Shown: in pieces, positions 1 through 12,057 of the stretch
Layout: each line of letters starts with the position of its first letter
How positions within the stretch are numbered: the stretch's first letter is position 1
NCBI GenBank assembly: GCA_009103225.1
Contig: RHPI01002568.1
Span: 509,742 to 573,741 of the forward strand
DNA length: 64,000 bases
Source of the DNA: Chlorokybus atmophyticus
Taxonomy: Eukaryota; Plantae; Mesostigma and Chlorokybus algae
Reading direction: 5' to 3'
The notes under the pieces: generated by a model
Database searches by the model: none
The model's input: the letters and a program-made list of their open reading frames with translations, nothing else
Told to the model about the DNA's origin: nothing
Translations under genes and position numbers: made by a program

Positions 1-782
1 TGGACCGAGTCCGCACCCACATGATGATGTTTGTATGGACGCTCGTGCATGACGCTACAAAGAATGAGCCCACCTTTCATGTTCTCCCGGCGACCATGAG
101 CGAAGTGAAGATCGTTGAGAAAGTGAGCGGGCACACGGTCGAAAGAGCTCGCCGCCGCGCCGATGTGAGCCGCCACATCCACATGTTGCCGAGCCCGCTT
201 CTTCAAGTTCTCCTTCCAAGGGGTCGCGGGCTCGGTGTAGCGGTTGCACATCGCCGCCACCCGAGCATTAGGAGTGTTGGAGTCGCTCTCGCGGCGAAGG
301 ATGCTCACAAGTAGTGGATGGTTGGGCTCGTCCATGGGCTCATCAAGAGGGATGGCGGGCGCTTTTCCACGCTTGAGGCGGATGTTTTCCGCTTCCAACT
401 CCTCCAACCTCCTCGCCATGGCCTCCGTGGGTGTGGTGGAGGCGTTGGAAACCGGGCTTGCCGCCCTCTTTCTACGCTTGTAAGTGACCGCGGGCGGGTC
501 GTCGTCGTCATGATCATCCTCATCATCACCATTACCATGACCATCACCATCACCATCACCATCACCGTCCTTGTTCACCTCCTCCCCATCCACCACGGGG
601 GGGTGCTTTCTTTTCTCCTCACTCTCCGCTCGCCTCTCCTCCTCCTCACTCAAGGTCTGGCGACGCGGACTTCTCGCCTTTGCCAAGCGGTTGGAGGCCA
701 TGAGAGCCGCCGCCGCCGAGGCTTCCACGTCCTCGCCTTGCCCTTGGGCGCTTGCTTGCGCCTGCGTCAACCTCTTGTCCAT
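1..782 (-). CDS. Intronless orphan ORF (at least 260 codons, runs off the window start), probably a retroelement ORF1/gag-like protein
   Basis: Hand translation from the ATG at 782 gives MDKRLTQAQ...DGDGDGDGHGNGDDEDDHDDDD...ARRLEELEAENIRLKRGK...WKENLKKRARQHVDV..., with no stop before position 1. An in-frame TAG lies upstream at 861-863. It has an acidic low-complexity N-terminus and a coiled coil, and sits next to copia debris. The family is not recognised. Confidence 0.5.
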   Translation of the reverse strand, partial: MDKRLTQAQASAQGQGEDVEASAAAALMASNRLAKARSPRRQTLSEEEERRAESEEKRKHPPVVDGEEVNKDGDGDGDGDGHGNGDDEDDHDDDDPPAVTYKRRKRAASPVSNASTTPTEAMARRLEELEAENIRLKRGKAPAIPLDEPMDEPNHPLLVSILRRESDSNTPNARVAAMCNRYTEPATPWKENLKKRARQHVDVAAHIGAAASSFDRVPAHFLNDLHFAHGRRENMKGGLILCSVMHERPYKHHHVGADSV

Positions 783-872
783 GGTGAAGGTCCCCCTTCC
801 CCCTCACCACCCTCGCCACCCTCGCCAAGGATGGCGCCGCCGTGCTAGGGTTTCAAGCGACTAGATAAAGCT

Positions 873-1146
873 TGTGGCTCACACTCACGCCTAGTGAGTG
901 CTTGTGCCCCCTAGTGCCCGAGGCACTAAGGGCACAAGAGTCTCATAACTTATTAACGAGTTCTTGAGTTCATGGGCGCGCATTTCATGCGCTTCATGAA
1001 CTCATATGACACTGTATACTGCTTAACACAGTGAATTGCACATTGTCCTTATAGCTGGAATGCTTGCTGCACTTGTCCTTAGTGTGTGCACACTTGTATG
1101 TAGGAGGCAAATACACTCACACTAGACGCATCACTAGTTCTCAACA
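873..1146 (+). mobile_element. Candidate 5' LTR (or its U5 part) of a Ty1/copia element
   Basis: Ends in ...TTCTCAACA immediately before a primer binding site. The left boundary is a guess (TGT at 873) and I saw no second copy in the window. Confidence 0.4.
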
Positions 1147-1159
1147 GGTTATGGGCCCA
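1147..1159 (+). promoter_or_regulatory. Retrotransposon primer binding site complementary to the anticodon arm of tRNA-iMet (half-tRNA priming type)
   Basis: GGTTATGGGCCCA follows CA directly. It is the reverse complement of UGGGCCCAUAACC in plant initiator tRNA-Met and lies about 110 nt upstream of a copia gag. Confidence 0.75.
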
Positions 1160-1268
1160 AACTCGCTTGTGTGATCGCTTGTGCTAGTGAGAGAAAGTGT
1201 TGAGCATAGGCGCCTACTAGTAGAGTGTTCTTGGGGAGAGGGTGAGTTGTACTATTATGTAGCAAGCA

Positions 1269-1740
1269 ATGGCTGACACAGATAGGATGCCCATTGAGTC
1301 CCTTGATCTGCACAACTATGCTTCATGGTCGCTGAAGATGAGGTTGGTGCTGATCCGCAAGAAGCTCTGGAGTTTTGTCGTCCCTACCTCCTCCACATCA
1401 TAGCGGCTCAGAACAGGTGACGCAAGTACCTGGCGAGAGAACTGACAATTAGCTTTTGCACTGATAGGCTTGCACGTTAAAGACTTTCATCTCCCTCTTA
1501 TTGCGGATTGCAAGTCTGGACGTGAGGCGTGGGAGGTCTTCGACACCCTCTTCAAGGCCAATAGCAACTCGCGCAAGTTGCAGCTGGGACGCAAGCTAAC
1601 ACTTCTGAAAATGGAGCACAAAAACTTAATCCAGAAGTACATCTTACGTGCAAGGGAGCTTTGGCAAGACCTTGTAGCAGTGGGCCACGATGTGAAGGAA
1701 GAGGAGGTGATGTGGGCCATGANCTACAGACTGCCTCAAA
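1269..1740 (+). pseudogene. Ty1/copia gag fragment (UBN2/Retrotran_gag_2-like), disrupted and truncated
   Basis: MADTDRMPIESLDLHNYASWSLKMRLVLIRKKLWSFV, two in-frame stops, then LAFALIGLHVKDFHLPLIADCKSGREAWEVFDTLFKANSNSRKLQLGRKLTLLKMEHKNLIQKYILRARELWQDLVAVGHDVKEEEV. This is the typical copia gag pattern (NY..W..KM...L....LW; AW..L...F; ..YI.R...L...L...G). Confidence 0.8.
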
Positions 1741-3159
1741 AGGATTGCGAAAGTGTAAAAACAACTTCAAACCCATCACACCACCACGAACCCACGTGGT
1801 GGCAAGCACACACAAGTGAAACATAATGTGATTGTCAGTATATAATGTGCGGGCATGCGATGCTTGGAGGAGAGGCCTGAGTGGCCGCCTCCCCTAACAG
1901 CAAGCTAAGCTAGGCCAGGCCAACCAAGCTAGGCTAGGCTAGGCTAAGCAAGCAAGCAAGCAAGCAGCTACACCAGCAGCAGCGTTTACACACACCAACA
2001 ACAACCACTACCCACCCTAGCTCGTAGCTAGTGTGGTAGTTGCCACCGCCGTCGCTGTAGTCGCTGCCGCCTGCCGCCATTGGACACTATTGCCGCCTTT
2101 AAGCCCAAGCCGCCGCTGCCCCCCACAAACCCCGCGCCGCCCTTGCTATGGTGTCAATGTAAGAAAAGAGGGGGGGTGTCGCGCCATCTCTCGTCGTTGC
2201 TCGAGGATGTTGTCCACGAGCTCGTCATGACCTCATCATCTACAGCTGTGATGCCACAGATGTAGAGGGCGCAGAGTCTCGCCATGCTAAAACTCGGGGC
2301 TGCTGCGGTGGTTGCGGTCCCCGGGTGGGGGCGGGTGTAGACGTTCGCCTCGACCACGGAGGATGATGCGTTATTCGCAGCCACAAGCCATTAGCGCCGT
2401 GTATGGTTTGCTTATGCAGTGATCAGCATGGTTGGCATTATATATATTAAATCCTTGCATTGTTTGCCGTGTAACATATCATTTTTTCCCACCACCTACA
2501 CGCTATCCTCACGATAGTTGCATGCCACGTGATCCCCATACTCAATGCGCGAATATATCTTAACCGCCTTAATAGTAACCATCACCACCATCAATCTCCC
2601 TATATTAACATCTCTTTCATACGCTCATAATTTTTGCACACTAACTCATTCTCTCTCACCATTTTGCTCTTTAATAAGTGCAACATATCGAACATTCGTG
2701 AGCTATTTCTTAAAAGAGTAATCCTCTCTCCCTCTTCCAACACCAAACCCCATAATGCGCCCCCACTTATCCGCTGTTCTCCCCGCTTACATCATCTGCA
2801 TCCGATACGGCGTTTAAGGCGGCAGCGGCGCCAATAGGGGCCTGGCTTGCGGTAGTGGCGGAGCCGAGGGCCCCTAGTTAGGTGGCATAATGCTTTGTAG
2901 CTATGGCAATTGCCTTAGCAATGTTGACAAGGTGTTGCAAGGCTACGCTCCATGGACGGGTTGCCATGCGTATCACGTTGGGATGTAGTGCTACGACGGC
3001 CCTGACATTAAAGGAATAAGTAAATTGCGTGCTATGATTAGCCGGCGGCCACTGTGAGTACTTTGTCGGCATCCTTGCAATCGCTGTACTTCTCTATACT
3101 GCTGTCACGCGTCGGCACCGTCCATATGCCGTGCACAAAATGCGCCAAGACCCCCTGGC

Positions 3160-3420
3160 ATGTCAGGCGCATTTAGGTGCAGCGGCGACAGCATTCCGCT
3201 CCACAGCTGTCTTCAGCATGCATGCGCAAGAACGTGCAGCTGCGCGCGTCACCAGTGTCTGGCAAGACAGCCACTGACTCAAGCACCACCCTGGACTCTG
3301 GTGCCCCTTGTATCGTACCAATGGACACCACCGTGCGTGATGCCCGGATGTGCACCCGCAGCTTGACCCCCGCTCGGTCGTGCAAAAAACAATTTGCGGA
3401 GGTGCACGTGCCATGAGCAC
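3160..3420 (-). mobile_element. Possible highly decayed Ty3/gypsy gag-protease remnant
   Basis: A degenerate zinc knuckle (SCGCTSGHHARWCP) is followed in another frame by AVLPDTG, resembling the retropepsin DTG motif, in gag-then-protease order. Both motifs are imperfect. Confidence 0.25.
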
Positions 3421-4610
3421 TCGTCGGCTGGGTTGTTATAACCTGCACGCCGTCATCAAAGTCCACCGCCCGCTCCAGGACTCTTCTCCTGCTCTTCAAC
3501 CTCCGCCCCACGCCCCACGATCTCAGCGGCGCCTGTATCGCTGAGCTCCCTTACACGGCTGACCCCGTCCAATTACACCTGCACGTAGCGCCCGTCGTCC
3601 GTAAGCCAAATAATGTAGCCCCAAAGTCCCTCGTTCATCCTCCCCCGTTCAAAACATTTTTTGCCCCGCTGTTAGCTACTACGCCCAACCACGACCACAA
3701 TAATCATGTGGCAGCGGTGGCGGCGGGCGTGGGCATGATGGTTTTCTCAATGTCGTGGCCGCACAAGATGTTGCACAAGTACTACTTATGCAACATCTTC
3801 CGCCATGCGCACTAGTAGTGCGCATGGCGGAACGCACTTCCCACTCAGACTTGCCGGTAAGGTTGGTCCTTTGCTGCGGCCGCCTGCTTGCGCATGTGGC
3901 TCGCTTAACGTGCGAGTCTACATGCAATAACAACCATGGCAATTGCATTTATGAAATGTAAGCTTGCTTGTTACGAAATCAGGGTCACTTCAGTTTTAAG
4001 GTTGGGGCTAACCACCCCGACTTTAGTACGATGTATCATATGCTATACTACGTTAAAAGATGTACAAAATGACTGTTGTGTAGATAAAAACCTCAGCTTT
4101 CTGAAACGTACATACACCGCCAGTCAACTAGCCTATCGGCCGTAAGATGTTCAAACTAATAAACACATCCAACACATGGTCACTTTATCTCATCGCTGTC
4201 ACCGCAACAAATAGCTATTGCTGCAACTGTAGGCATCGCTATCACTAGCTATAGCTATTGCCTAGCTATAGCTATCGCTATCATTCTCGGGGATCGCTAG
4301 TGACTTCAACTTCAATGTGGTACTTCAATGAGGATAGCAAGCCAATATTGCTATATAGAAATATAAAGCCATATATCAGCCAGTAATTGGCAATCTCAAG
4401 CACTTTTCAAGGGTACAACTACTAGACTTTACATCGTGTGTTTGCTTGGAACGAGTATTAGTAAAAGGCTGTTGTCACAATCTCCAATTATGGCTGCTTG
4501 ATAAAACACATGTACATGTTGTGCGCACTTTTTTTCATATACTACAAATACGTTGGAATCTTGCAACATATCATACTTATATAATATGCAACTTTATATT
4601 GGGTTTCCCT

Positions 4611-4817
4611 CCCCCCCCCCCCCNNNNNNNNNNNNNNNNNNNNNNNNNNNNNNNNNNNNNNNNNNNNNNNNNNNNNNNNNNNNNNNNNNNNNNNNNNNNN
4701 NNNNNNNNNNNNNNNNNNNNNNNNNNNNNNNNNNNNNNNNNNNNNNNNNNNNNNNNNNNNNNNNNNNNNNNNNNNNNNNNNNNNNNNNNNNNNNCCCCCC
4801 CCCCCCCCCCCCCCCCC
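4611..4817. other. Assembly gap (N 4624-4794) flanked by poly-C
   Basis: Run of N bounded by C homopolymers. Confidence 0.95.
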
Positions 4818-6108
4818 AAAAAAAACGGAATGCATGCATTTTATTATGCTCTTACAACTTTGCACAATTGTAACAAAATGACCTTGCATATATAATTGGT
4901 TATATCACGAGCGAAACGTTTTTGCCTGCGAATTTCATGTCGCATGGTTCATAAATTAGCTGAATCTATTGAACACAACTCACAAACAACACAATATGCA
5001 GCACGCACCAATAATGCATACACGTTAAAGTAAACAAGTGATACACTAACAAGTGGTATTGGTGTTGGTCATAAGTAATGCACACTCTAAGTGAAGGCTT
5101 CACAATTACGGCACATATTCTTACTACACATTGCGTGATGTTTGTGGATGTTTACTTGATCGTTGATGTTTTAAGTCCTAAACTCGCCAGGTACATTCGA
5201 AGCGATATCACGTCCTTCAACCATAAAAACATGTGCTTGCCAATGCCAATAAATTTATCAATGTGTAACTACTGCGTTCAACGTGTAAGCTATAAATGTA
5301 TCGTGTCATAGCGAATAACATTATCATTATTTAATTGTCACAGATTAGTGGCAGCGATTTAACCAAGCAAAAGTAACACTGATCGTGATTATCAATGGTC
5401 GTGTCCGTCATGATAATCATTTTAAAAGTGAAGTAATGCATACAATGCATACAGAATTCATAGCGTTGATACAAAAATCATCAAACCGCTAAAAACAATC
5501 AATGTATAAAGTTACAATTATTTCTTCGTGACCCCGCAATCTTTGCAAACACATGCGAAACGCTTTGTTATAGCTAAGGGCCAGGTGTTATTGCTACTGG
5601 ACCCAAGGCCATCACTGACTCAGGTCTCTTTGTGCGAGCTACAACATTGCCGCACGATATTTTAGTGCTGCAGGAAGAGAGCGCTTGCCTGTGCTTTGTC
5701 AGCCCTGCACGACGACGTGCTCATCTCTCAACTCAAACCCTCTTTTCAACAACGTATCTGAGGCTTGGCCAGAGAGGTGTCAGTCTCGGATCGGTTGCGC
5801 ACGCACGCACATCTATCACTTTCACCCATCAGTGTGATCACACAACAGCAGGGGTCCTGCGTGTCCAAGTGCATGCATCCCTGCCTGTGTTGGGTTTTCA
5901 TGTACACATGCACATAGGCGCTTCTAGGGGAGGACAAGGAGAAGGCAGTACCCCGTTGGCGTTGTGGGCGGCGCTGGTGCTGTCCGTGTCTGTGGCGGGT
6001 CTGCTCGGCAGCCTATCCTTGGGCTTGCTTCTGCTCCTCTCCCTGCTCCTGACCTCCTTCTCCTCCTTGTCCTCCTCTTCCTGGCCCTGGTGGTTGAACT
6101 CGTTCCTG

Positions 6109-7851
6109 ATGGCGCCTGCGCTGATCGTGGACACGCTGCTGAGCTGGATCATCTGGCCCAGCAGCCTGCTGTACCTGTCGCTTCTGGCGCCGCCGCTGTT
6201 CCTGTGGAGGTGGTTCACGCACTCCTCCATCGTCGCGCCGATCTTCGCCATCAACCCTCGCAACCGCGTCGCACTCATCACGGGAGCATCCTCCGGCATA
6301 GGAAGGGTCAGTGTGTCTTTGATTGTTTTCACTCTGTGTAGCTGCTGCTGCCTTGCACTGGTTAAGCAGCAAGGCTTGTATTGCCTGCGTGCACGCCAGC
6401 TTGCATGGCTGCTGAAACTTGCACGTTGCATGTGCAGTGGCTTTGCTTGTGGGCATGCACCGCGCAGTCTGACCTGCAGCCTCGACGCACATTGTCTGCT
6501 GGTCCCGGAATCGGCCTTTCGAATTACTTTAGCGGGTGTGCAGAGGGACACAGCCATGCACGGTCTACCACACATGCATGCATGGTCAAAAATCCTACCT
6601 ACCCTGCCGGGCAGCCTAGATCTGATGTGTTGTTTGGCGTTGGATGGTGGCACTAGTATCTGTCCGTGTATCATACAAGCTGCCTGCAAGGGGGTGAAGG
6701 GTAAGGCTGCCTGTGCGTTTTTCCAATACATGTCTGCACTCGCAGGAGTTGAGCAAGGAGTTTGCGCGTCGCGGCACCAAGCTATTCCTGTGCGCCCGCC
6801 GTGAGCAGGAGCTCCATGTGGGTGTTTACATACCAGGGGACACTCTCTCCATTGCATGGATCCTTGCTGACTCTCTCTCTCTCATGCGTGGAGTAGGACA
6901 TTGCACGCGAGGCGACGCAGCTGGGTAGTCCCGAGGTCGGCATCCGCGTGACAGACGTGTCTCGCGAGGACGAGTGCAAGGACATGGTGATGTCTTGCGT
7001 GGAGCGTTTCGGTCGCCTGGACTTCCTCTGCCTCAACGCCGGGGTTGGCCACCGCCCTCTGTTCTTCGAGGAGGAGTCCTCCACCGAGGGCTTCCGCGAC
7101 GTGTTCGACGTGGACTTCTGGGGCGCAGTCTACCCCACCCACTACGCTCTGGACCCGCTTAAGAGAACAAGGGGACAGATACTTGTGACTGCATCGGTGG
7201 CGGGGTTGCTGCCCTGGCCCAGACAGGCGCTGTACAATGCGGCCAAAGCGGCAGCGGTCAACTTCTTTGATACGGTCAGAGTGGAGCTGAGTGGCGTCGT
7301 GGGAGTCACCATCGCGTGCCCGGGATGGGTGGATGCGGGACTCACAGAGGGACGCGCAGTCGCACCAGAACAGCTGCAGGTGTGAGATGGATACACGCGC
7401 ACGCACGCGCCCCGCCATAGCACAACATCCTGGCTGATGCATGCATGCGTGCGTTGCGTGTGTGCAGGAGATGAAGGGCCCGCTGCCCGTGACAAGAGCT
7501 CGCAGCGTGTCCAAGGCCATGATTGACGGCGCCCTCATCCGCAAACGCTTCGTCATCTACCCGGTGAGCCCACACGCACTTGCGTGATCAAACCCATGCA
7601 CAGCCACTACGCTGTGCACCCAATGTTATTGAACTAGTACTCCTTGTCTCTGTGCACAGTCTTGGTATGCAACTCTCCTTGCGAATCGCGTCTTCGCCCC
7701 CGAGGTCCTGGACCTGGTCCTCCGTATGTTTTTTGTGCCGGTGGACCGCCGCTCCGCCTCACTCCACATGGGAGGAGGAGGAGGAGGTGAGAGGGGACCC
7801 GGCGGCGGCGGCGGCGGCAAGCAGCAGGCGGGAGGGGCCAAGGGGCAGTAG
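6109..7851 (+). CDS. Steroleosin / 11-beta-hydroxysteroid dehydrogenase-like SDR, copy 1 (5 exons)
   Basis: Exons 6109-6306, 6746-6817, 6897-7379, 7468-7563, 7660-7851, all phase 0 GT-AG. It has an N-terminal hydrophobic anchor with prolines (LLAPPLFLW), TGASSGIG, NAG, the catalytic Ser in TASVAG, YNAAK and a Gly-rich C-terminal tail. The frame is open upstream of 6109 with another hydrophobic stretch, so the true start may be earlier. Confidence 0.88.
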
Positions 7852-8589
7852 AAGGGAGAGGAGGAGGTCGGGAAGGGCGTCGCCGTCACTGCCCGTGTCG
7901 ACGGGGCCGGGGTTCCAGTCTATCAGGGGGATTCAGTAGTTCACCGTGAGGTGGTGGACACTCTGAGATGTTGAAGTGCATGTGTGTGTTTGGGGCACTT
8001 GCTGAGACAGACAGTGTGCGGCACGGCTTGTTTGTATCTGTGCGTGTACACGTAGAAGAAGTAGGAGGCCTGGGTGTTAGTCCTAGGTGTTAGCATCTCT
8101 CTTGTACATTCTCCTCCGACGTTTTTGGTGTATAGTTGTAAACACGAGTAGCTGGCTTGCTTGCAATCGAGTTGCGTGCGAGGCTGCTGGAACTCCCGCT
8201 GGTGCCTTTGCATGTAACATGTAATGCTAGATGCGGTGTTCTGCACCCTACATATCTGTTCTGTGCAAGCCGATGTACTTGTAACCCAGTCACTCAATGC
8301 AGTGGTAGACGACGGCACCTGAACTGAAGAGTCATACAAGTAGTTATGGGTCTACCTGAGGTCGACTAAGCTGGAAGTTCCAGCTGCCATCGCTCCGTAA
8401 CTAGTCTGACCACATGCATGCAGTTGTACATATACGTTACAATCTGTACAAGTGCTGGGTCACTACATCAAACGCAAGCAATATATGCGCATGCATAGGA
8501 CACACAATGCGTCACGCTCGCTACAACGATGTCCATTGCGTCTGTTATACACTGATCAGCACAAAAAGCACTGCAGACTCCCGATCCAC

Positions 8590-9280
8590 GCTTGCACGCA
8601 CCCACACTCACGCACACCCACGTCACGGCCACCGTCACATGCAGCACAGCACCGCACACGCTTCTACACAGCTCACAACGCCGTCACACAGCACACCACA
8701 TCGCAGCGTGCATGCTGAAACACTTGTCACTGTAGAACAGTCAGGAGTAGAGGCATCAGTAGACAGAAACCATTTGGAAGTGTAACGTACAATGCACATA
8801 TCGTGAGAGACACCACTGCTATGCAATGCGTACATGCCGTTGAGAAACGTCGCATGTCCCCTAGTACACTAGCACACTGTGATTGGCATACAAAACTCCT
8901 ACATTGATACATGGTGTGTAGCGCGCTGTGCTACTCTACCTCACATATGTACAGCACACCATTGCACTTGAGGCTTGACTGTACACGCGCATGCACCCAC
9001 ACGCACATGCGTGTCACAGCCGCTGTCACATGAAGCACAGCTCACATTTTCGTCGCACAGCACACCACACCGCAGCGTGCACACCGAGCTAAATGCTGAA
9101 ACACTTGTGCAACAGTCAAGAGCATAGGCACCAGATAAATGTCTAAACTAGTACTTACAATGTATGCACTTTTGTACATAACGTGACACACAGGTTACTG
9201 ATATGCACTGCATACCGTTGAGGATTTGTGCATGACCTTGCCTACGTCACATGGCACTCACTCCAGTGGATGATAAGCAA
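8590..9280. repeat. Diverged tandem duplication, period about 380-390 bp
   Basis: Blocks such as GTCACATG(C/A)AGCACAGC, CACAGCACACCACA(T/C)CGCAGCGTGCA, ATGCTGAAACACTTGT and AACAGTCA(G/A)GAG occur near 8635-8750 and again near 9025-9120. Boundaries are approximate. Confidence 0.7.
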
Positions 9281-10618
9281 CATAGTGCTACTGCACATGC
9301 TTAATCCTAGTGTGTATGCTGTATAAAGGAAGGAATGGGGAATTCGTGCGTGCAATGTCACATATTCACATGCAAGCTAACAGCAGCACAACAACTCACC
9401 AACTCGACCACCGGGCTCAACCTGCTATCTACCACGCCTACCTCTACCCCTACCACTACTGCCCCCCTGTTCGTCATGCAGGCATGAATGTGCATATATC
9501 ATGCACACATTCATGCCCAGCGGCATCTGCATTCAGGGCGCTGACACGCGCTGGTCAATTGGCCGCTACGCCACGCATGACAGGGTCATCTCTACATCAG
9601 CCCTTCAGTTGAGTGTCTCCTACAAGACACAGGGTCTGTGCTACACAAGCACATCAAAGCAACAGCGGGGGCCAACTCGCTGCTTCTCAAGTGTACATTG
9701 TTCTTGAACTCCTTCCCAAGGCACTTCTCTTGTATCTGTTGTATCATCCGTAGTGAACATCAGACCCGAGAGCAGCCTTCTCAGCAGCATCTGCAAGTGT
9801 ACAAAAGACTTCCAGCACTTCATACCAGCAGTAACGTACCAGGCGGAGCTGGTATGAGCCAGGAGAACATCTGTGTGCCCTCTGGTTTGCCTTGGCGATA
9901 TCCCGGCGAAGCTGGGTTGCATGGCACACAGGTTGTTTCAGCATGGGTTGAGCATGACCGATGAGTAAGGAGTTCGCTGATTGTTTAATCTGTGTCAAGT
10001 AAGCCACTAAAGGCTCAGCTTGCAGGCTGCTCCTGAACTTGTATGCATGCCGAGAGCTGCTATGATGCAAAGCGGTGTCGCACGAATGAATTCACCCTGA
10101 TTGCAACCACCTCTAGCAACACGCGCATTTGCAAGCGCTGCCACACTACAGACTGCTTGCGTGGGTTGGGGGCATTGGGTTGCAGATGCAACATGGGCAA
10201 GTGAGTTGCGGATAAGAGAAACCACTATGCGGAAAGCCACACAGCAAGCGCATAAGCCAAAATGCCGCACAGCAGCAGGCGTGTTGCATTAGAACAGTGC
10301 AGCTTGCGCAAAGAGCCGCTGAGCAGCCTGCCCACTACCATGTCTATGCGCTTAAACATGACAAATCAGCAGGCAAGACGCGACCGTACCACACATTGCG
10401 CGCCTGCAGACGTGCAGTGGACAGGCACGCTTGCTTACGACAGTGGCACACAATGTATCGTTCACACTGCGCGCGTCACGCACACCCCCAACTACGCACA
10501 CACACAAACTACGTACACCCAGGCCATCTACAGTCTGTACAAACACAGAGTAGTATCAACAGTCGCAGCTTCTGGTTCCTCCACCGAGTGCAGCTGAGAG
10601 CAAGGTCTTCCTCTCCTC

Positions 10619-12057
10619 TCACTGGTATTTGGGCCCCTGTTTTGCGGGAGCATGGGAGCGGCGGTTGGTTGGCACGTAGAAGGTGCGGAAGAAGAAGTCC
10701 TGAATCTCGGGGGCAAGAAGCCTCTGGAGAAGGAGAGTGCCGTACCAAGACTGCGTGACACAGACACAGACGAGTGTGGATGAGTACCATGTGGTGTACA
10801 GTGTGTTCGTTTGTTAACATAGAGGACTCGGATCTATGAGTGTGATGTGTTGAGTTGGTGGTGCAAGAGAGACACGCGTGTCTGCCTTACCGGAAAGACG
10901 ACGTAGCGCTTGCGTGCGAGGGCTGCGTTGACCATCCTTACGGCGCAGTCGGGTGCCTCAGCCATGGGTATAGGCCCGATGTGCTCCTGGTTGAGAAGCA
11001 GGTCACACACACAACGAGAGTGAGATTGCTACACACAACCACAGCCATGGACCCCATGCAAAAGATGACTGTCTAAGTCAAGTCCCCGCCCCCACCTTGG
11101 CTCTCTCACGCGACTCCTCCGTGCGTCCCTGCGCATCCAGTATCTTCCCATCGGTAATCTCCGTCTTGACCCACCCGGGGCACGCTATAGTCACTCCCAC
11201 TACACCAGACAGCTCAACCCTCACAGTATCAAAGAAGTTGATCAGTGCAGCCTTGGACGCATTGTACAGAGACTGTCTCGGGAAAGGTATGAAGCCTGCC
11301 ACAGATGCAGTGACGAGTATCTGTCCTCTGGTTCGTTTGAGTGGGTCCAGAGCGTAGTGGGTGGGGTACACTGCACCCCAGAAGTCCACGTCGAGGGTGT
11401 CCTTGAAGCCCTCCGTGGAGTCCGCCTCCTCGAACAGGAAGGAGTGGGCGGCGCCGGCGTTGAGGCAGAGGAAGTCCAAGCGACCGAAGCGCTCAACGCA
11501 TTCCATGACCATCGCCTTGCACTCGTCCTCGCGCTTTACGTCCGTCACGCGGATGGCAACGTCGGGACTGCCGAGACGAGAAGCCTCACGAGCAAGGTCC
11601 TGCGAGCATGCATGCAGCACACGTGTGTATGTGGGTGTGGGTTGTGTCTCAAGCTGATGGGATACACAGATACATACTCACTTGAAGCATGCGCTCGCGA
11701 CGAGCGCACATGAACACCTTGGCCCCGCGCCGCGCAAACTCCTTGGCCAGCTCCTGCATCAGAGGCACACACACAAACCCATCAGCATCAGCACCCCACC
11801 ACCACCACCAACAAGGCCACATGCATGCAAGGCAGAATAAGACTCTCACCTCTGCTCACCTTTCCAATGCCTGACGATGCCCCTGTGACCAGCGCCACCC
11901 TGTTTCTGGGGTTGATGCCAAAGAGTGCCGCGACGAAGGTGGAGTGGGTGAGCCACCGCCACACGTACAGCACGGGAGCAAGAGGGATCAGGTACAGCAG
12001 GGTCGCGGGCCAGAGGATGCAGGAGAGCAGGGTGTCGGCGACTATCGCTGGCGCCAT
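10619..12057 (-). CDS. Steroleosin / 11-beta-HSD-like SDR, copy 2 (5 exons)
   Basis: Exons 12057-11860, 11753-11682, 11599-11096, 10986-10891, 10750-10619, with the same intron positions as copy 1. Motifs TGASSGIG, NAG, YNASK and GWVKTEITDGK are present. A possible earlier in-frame ATG at 12189 (MPATT...) adds a hydrophobic segment. Confidence 0.88.

Noticed and set aside
21-848. Plus-strand ORFs 21-314 and 318-848 (poly-ITIT, His-rich)
   Set aside because: They lie in the same codon register as the minus-strand ORF from 782 and are its antisense shadow.
2160-2400. AAGAAAAGAGGGGGGG followed by TGTCGCG as a polypurine tract plus LTR start
   Set aside because: I found no matching second LTR, no CA end and no adjacent pol sequence.
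2600-3070. Possible integrase zinc-binding or RT remnants (LVLEEGERITLLEIAHE; WSVALQHLV)
   Set aside because: The matches are too short, riddled with stops, and the spacing is incompatible with an intact pol order.
4446-4895. ORFs spanning the N gap
   Set aside because: They are artefacts of translating N and poly-C.
5632-6857. 390-aa and 319-aa ORFs over SDR copy 1
   Set aside because: They are exon 1 plus intron read-through and its antisense; the spliced model explains the signal.
7941-10600. Several 90-150 aa ORFs between the SDR genes
   Set aside because: No recognisable motifs and no consistent exon chain; the composition resembles UTR or intergenic DNA.
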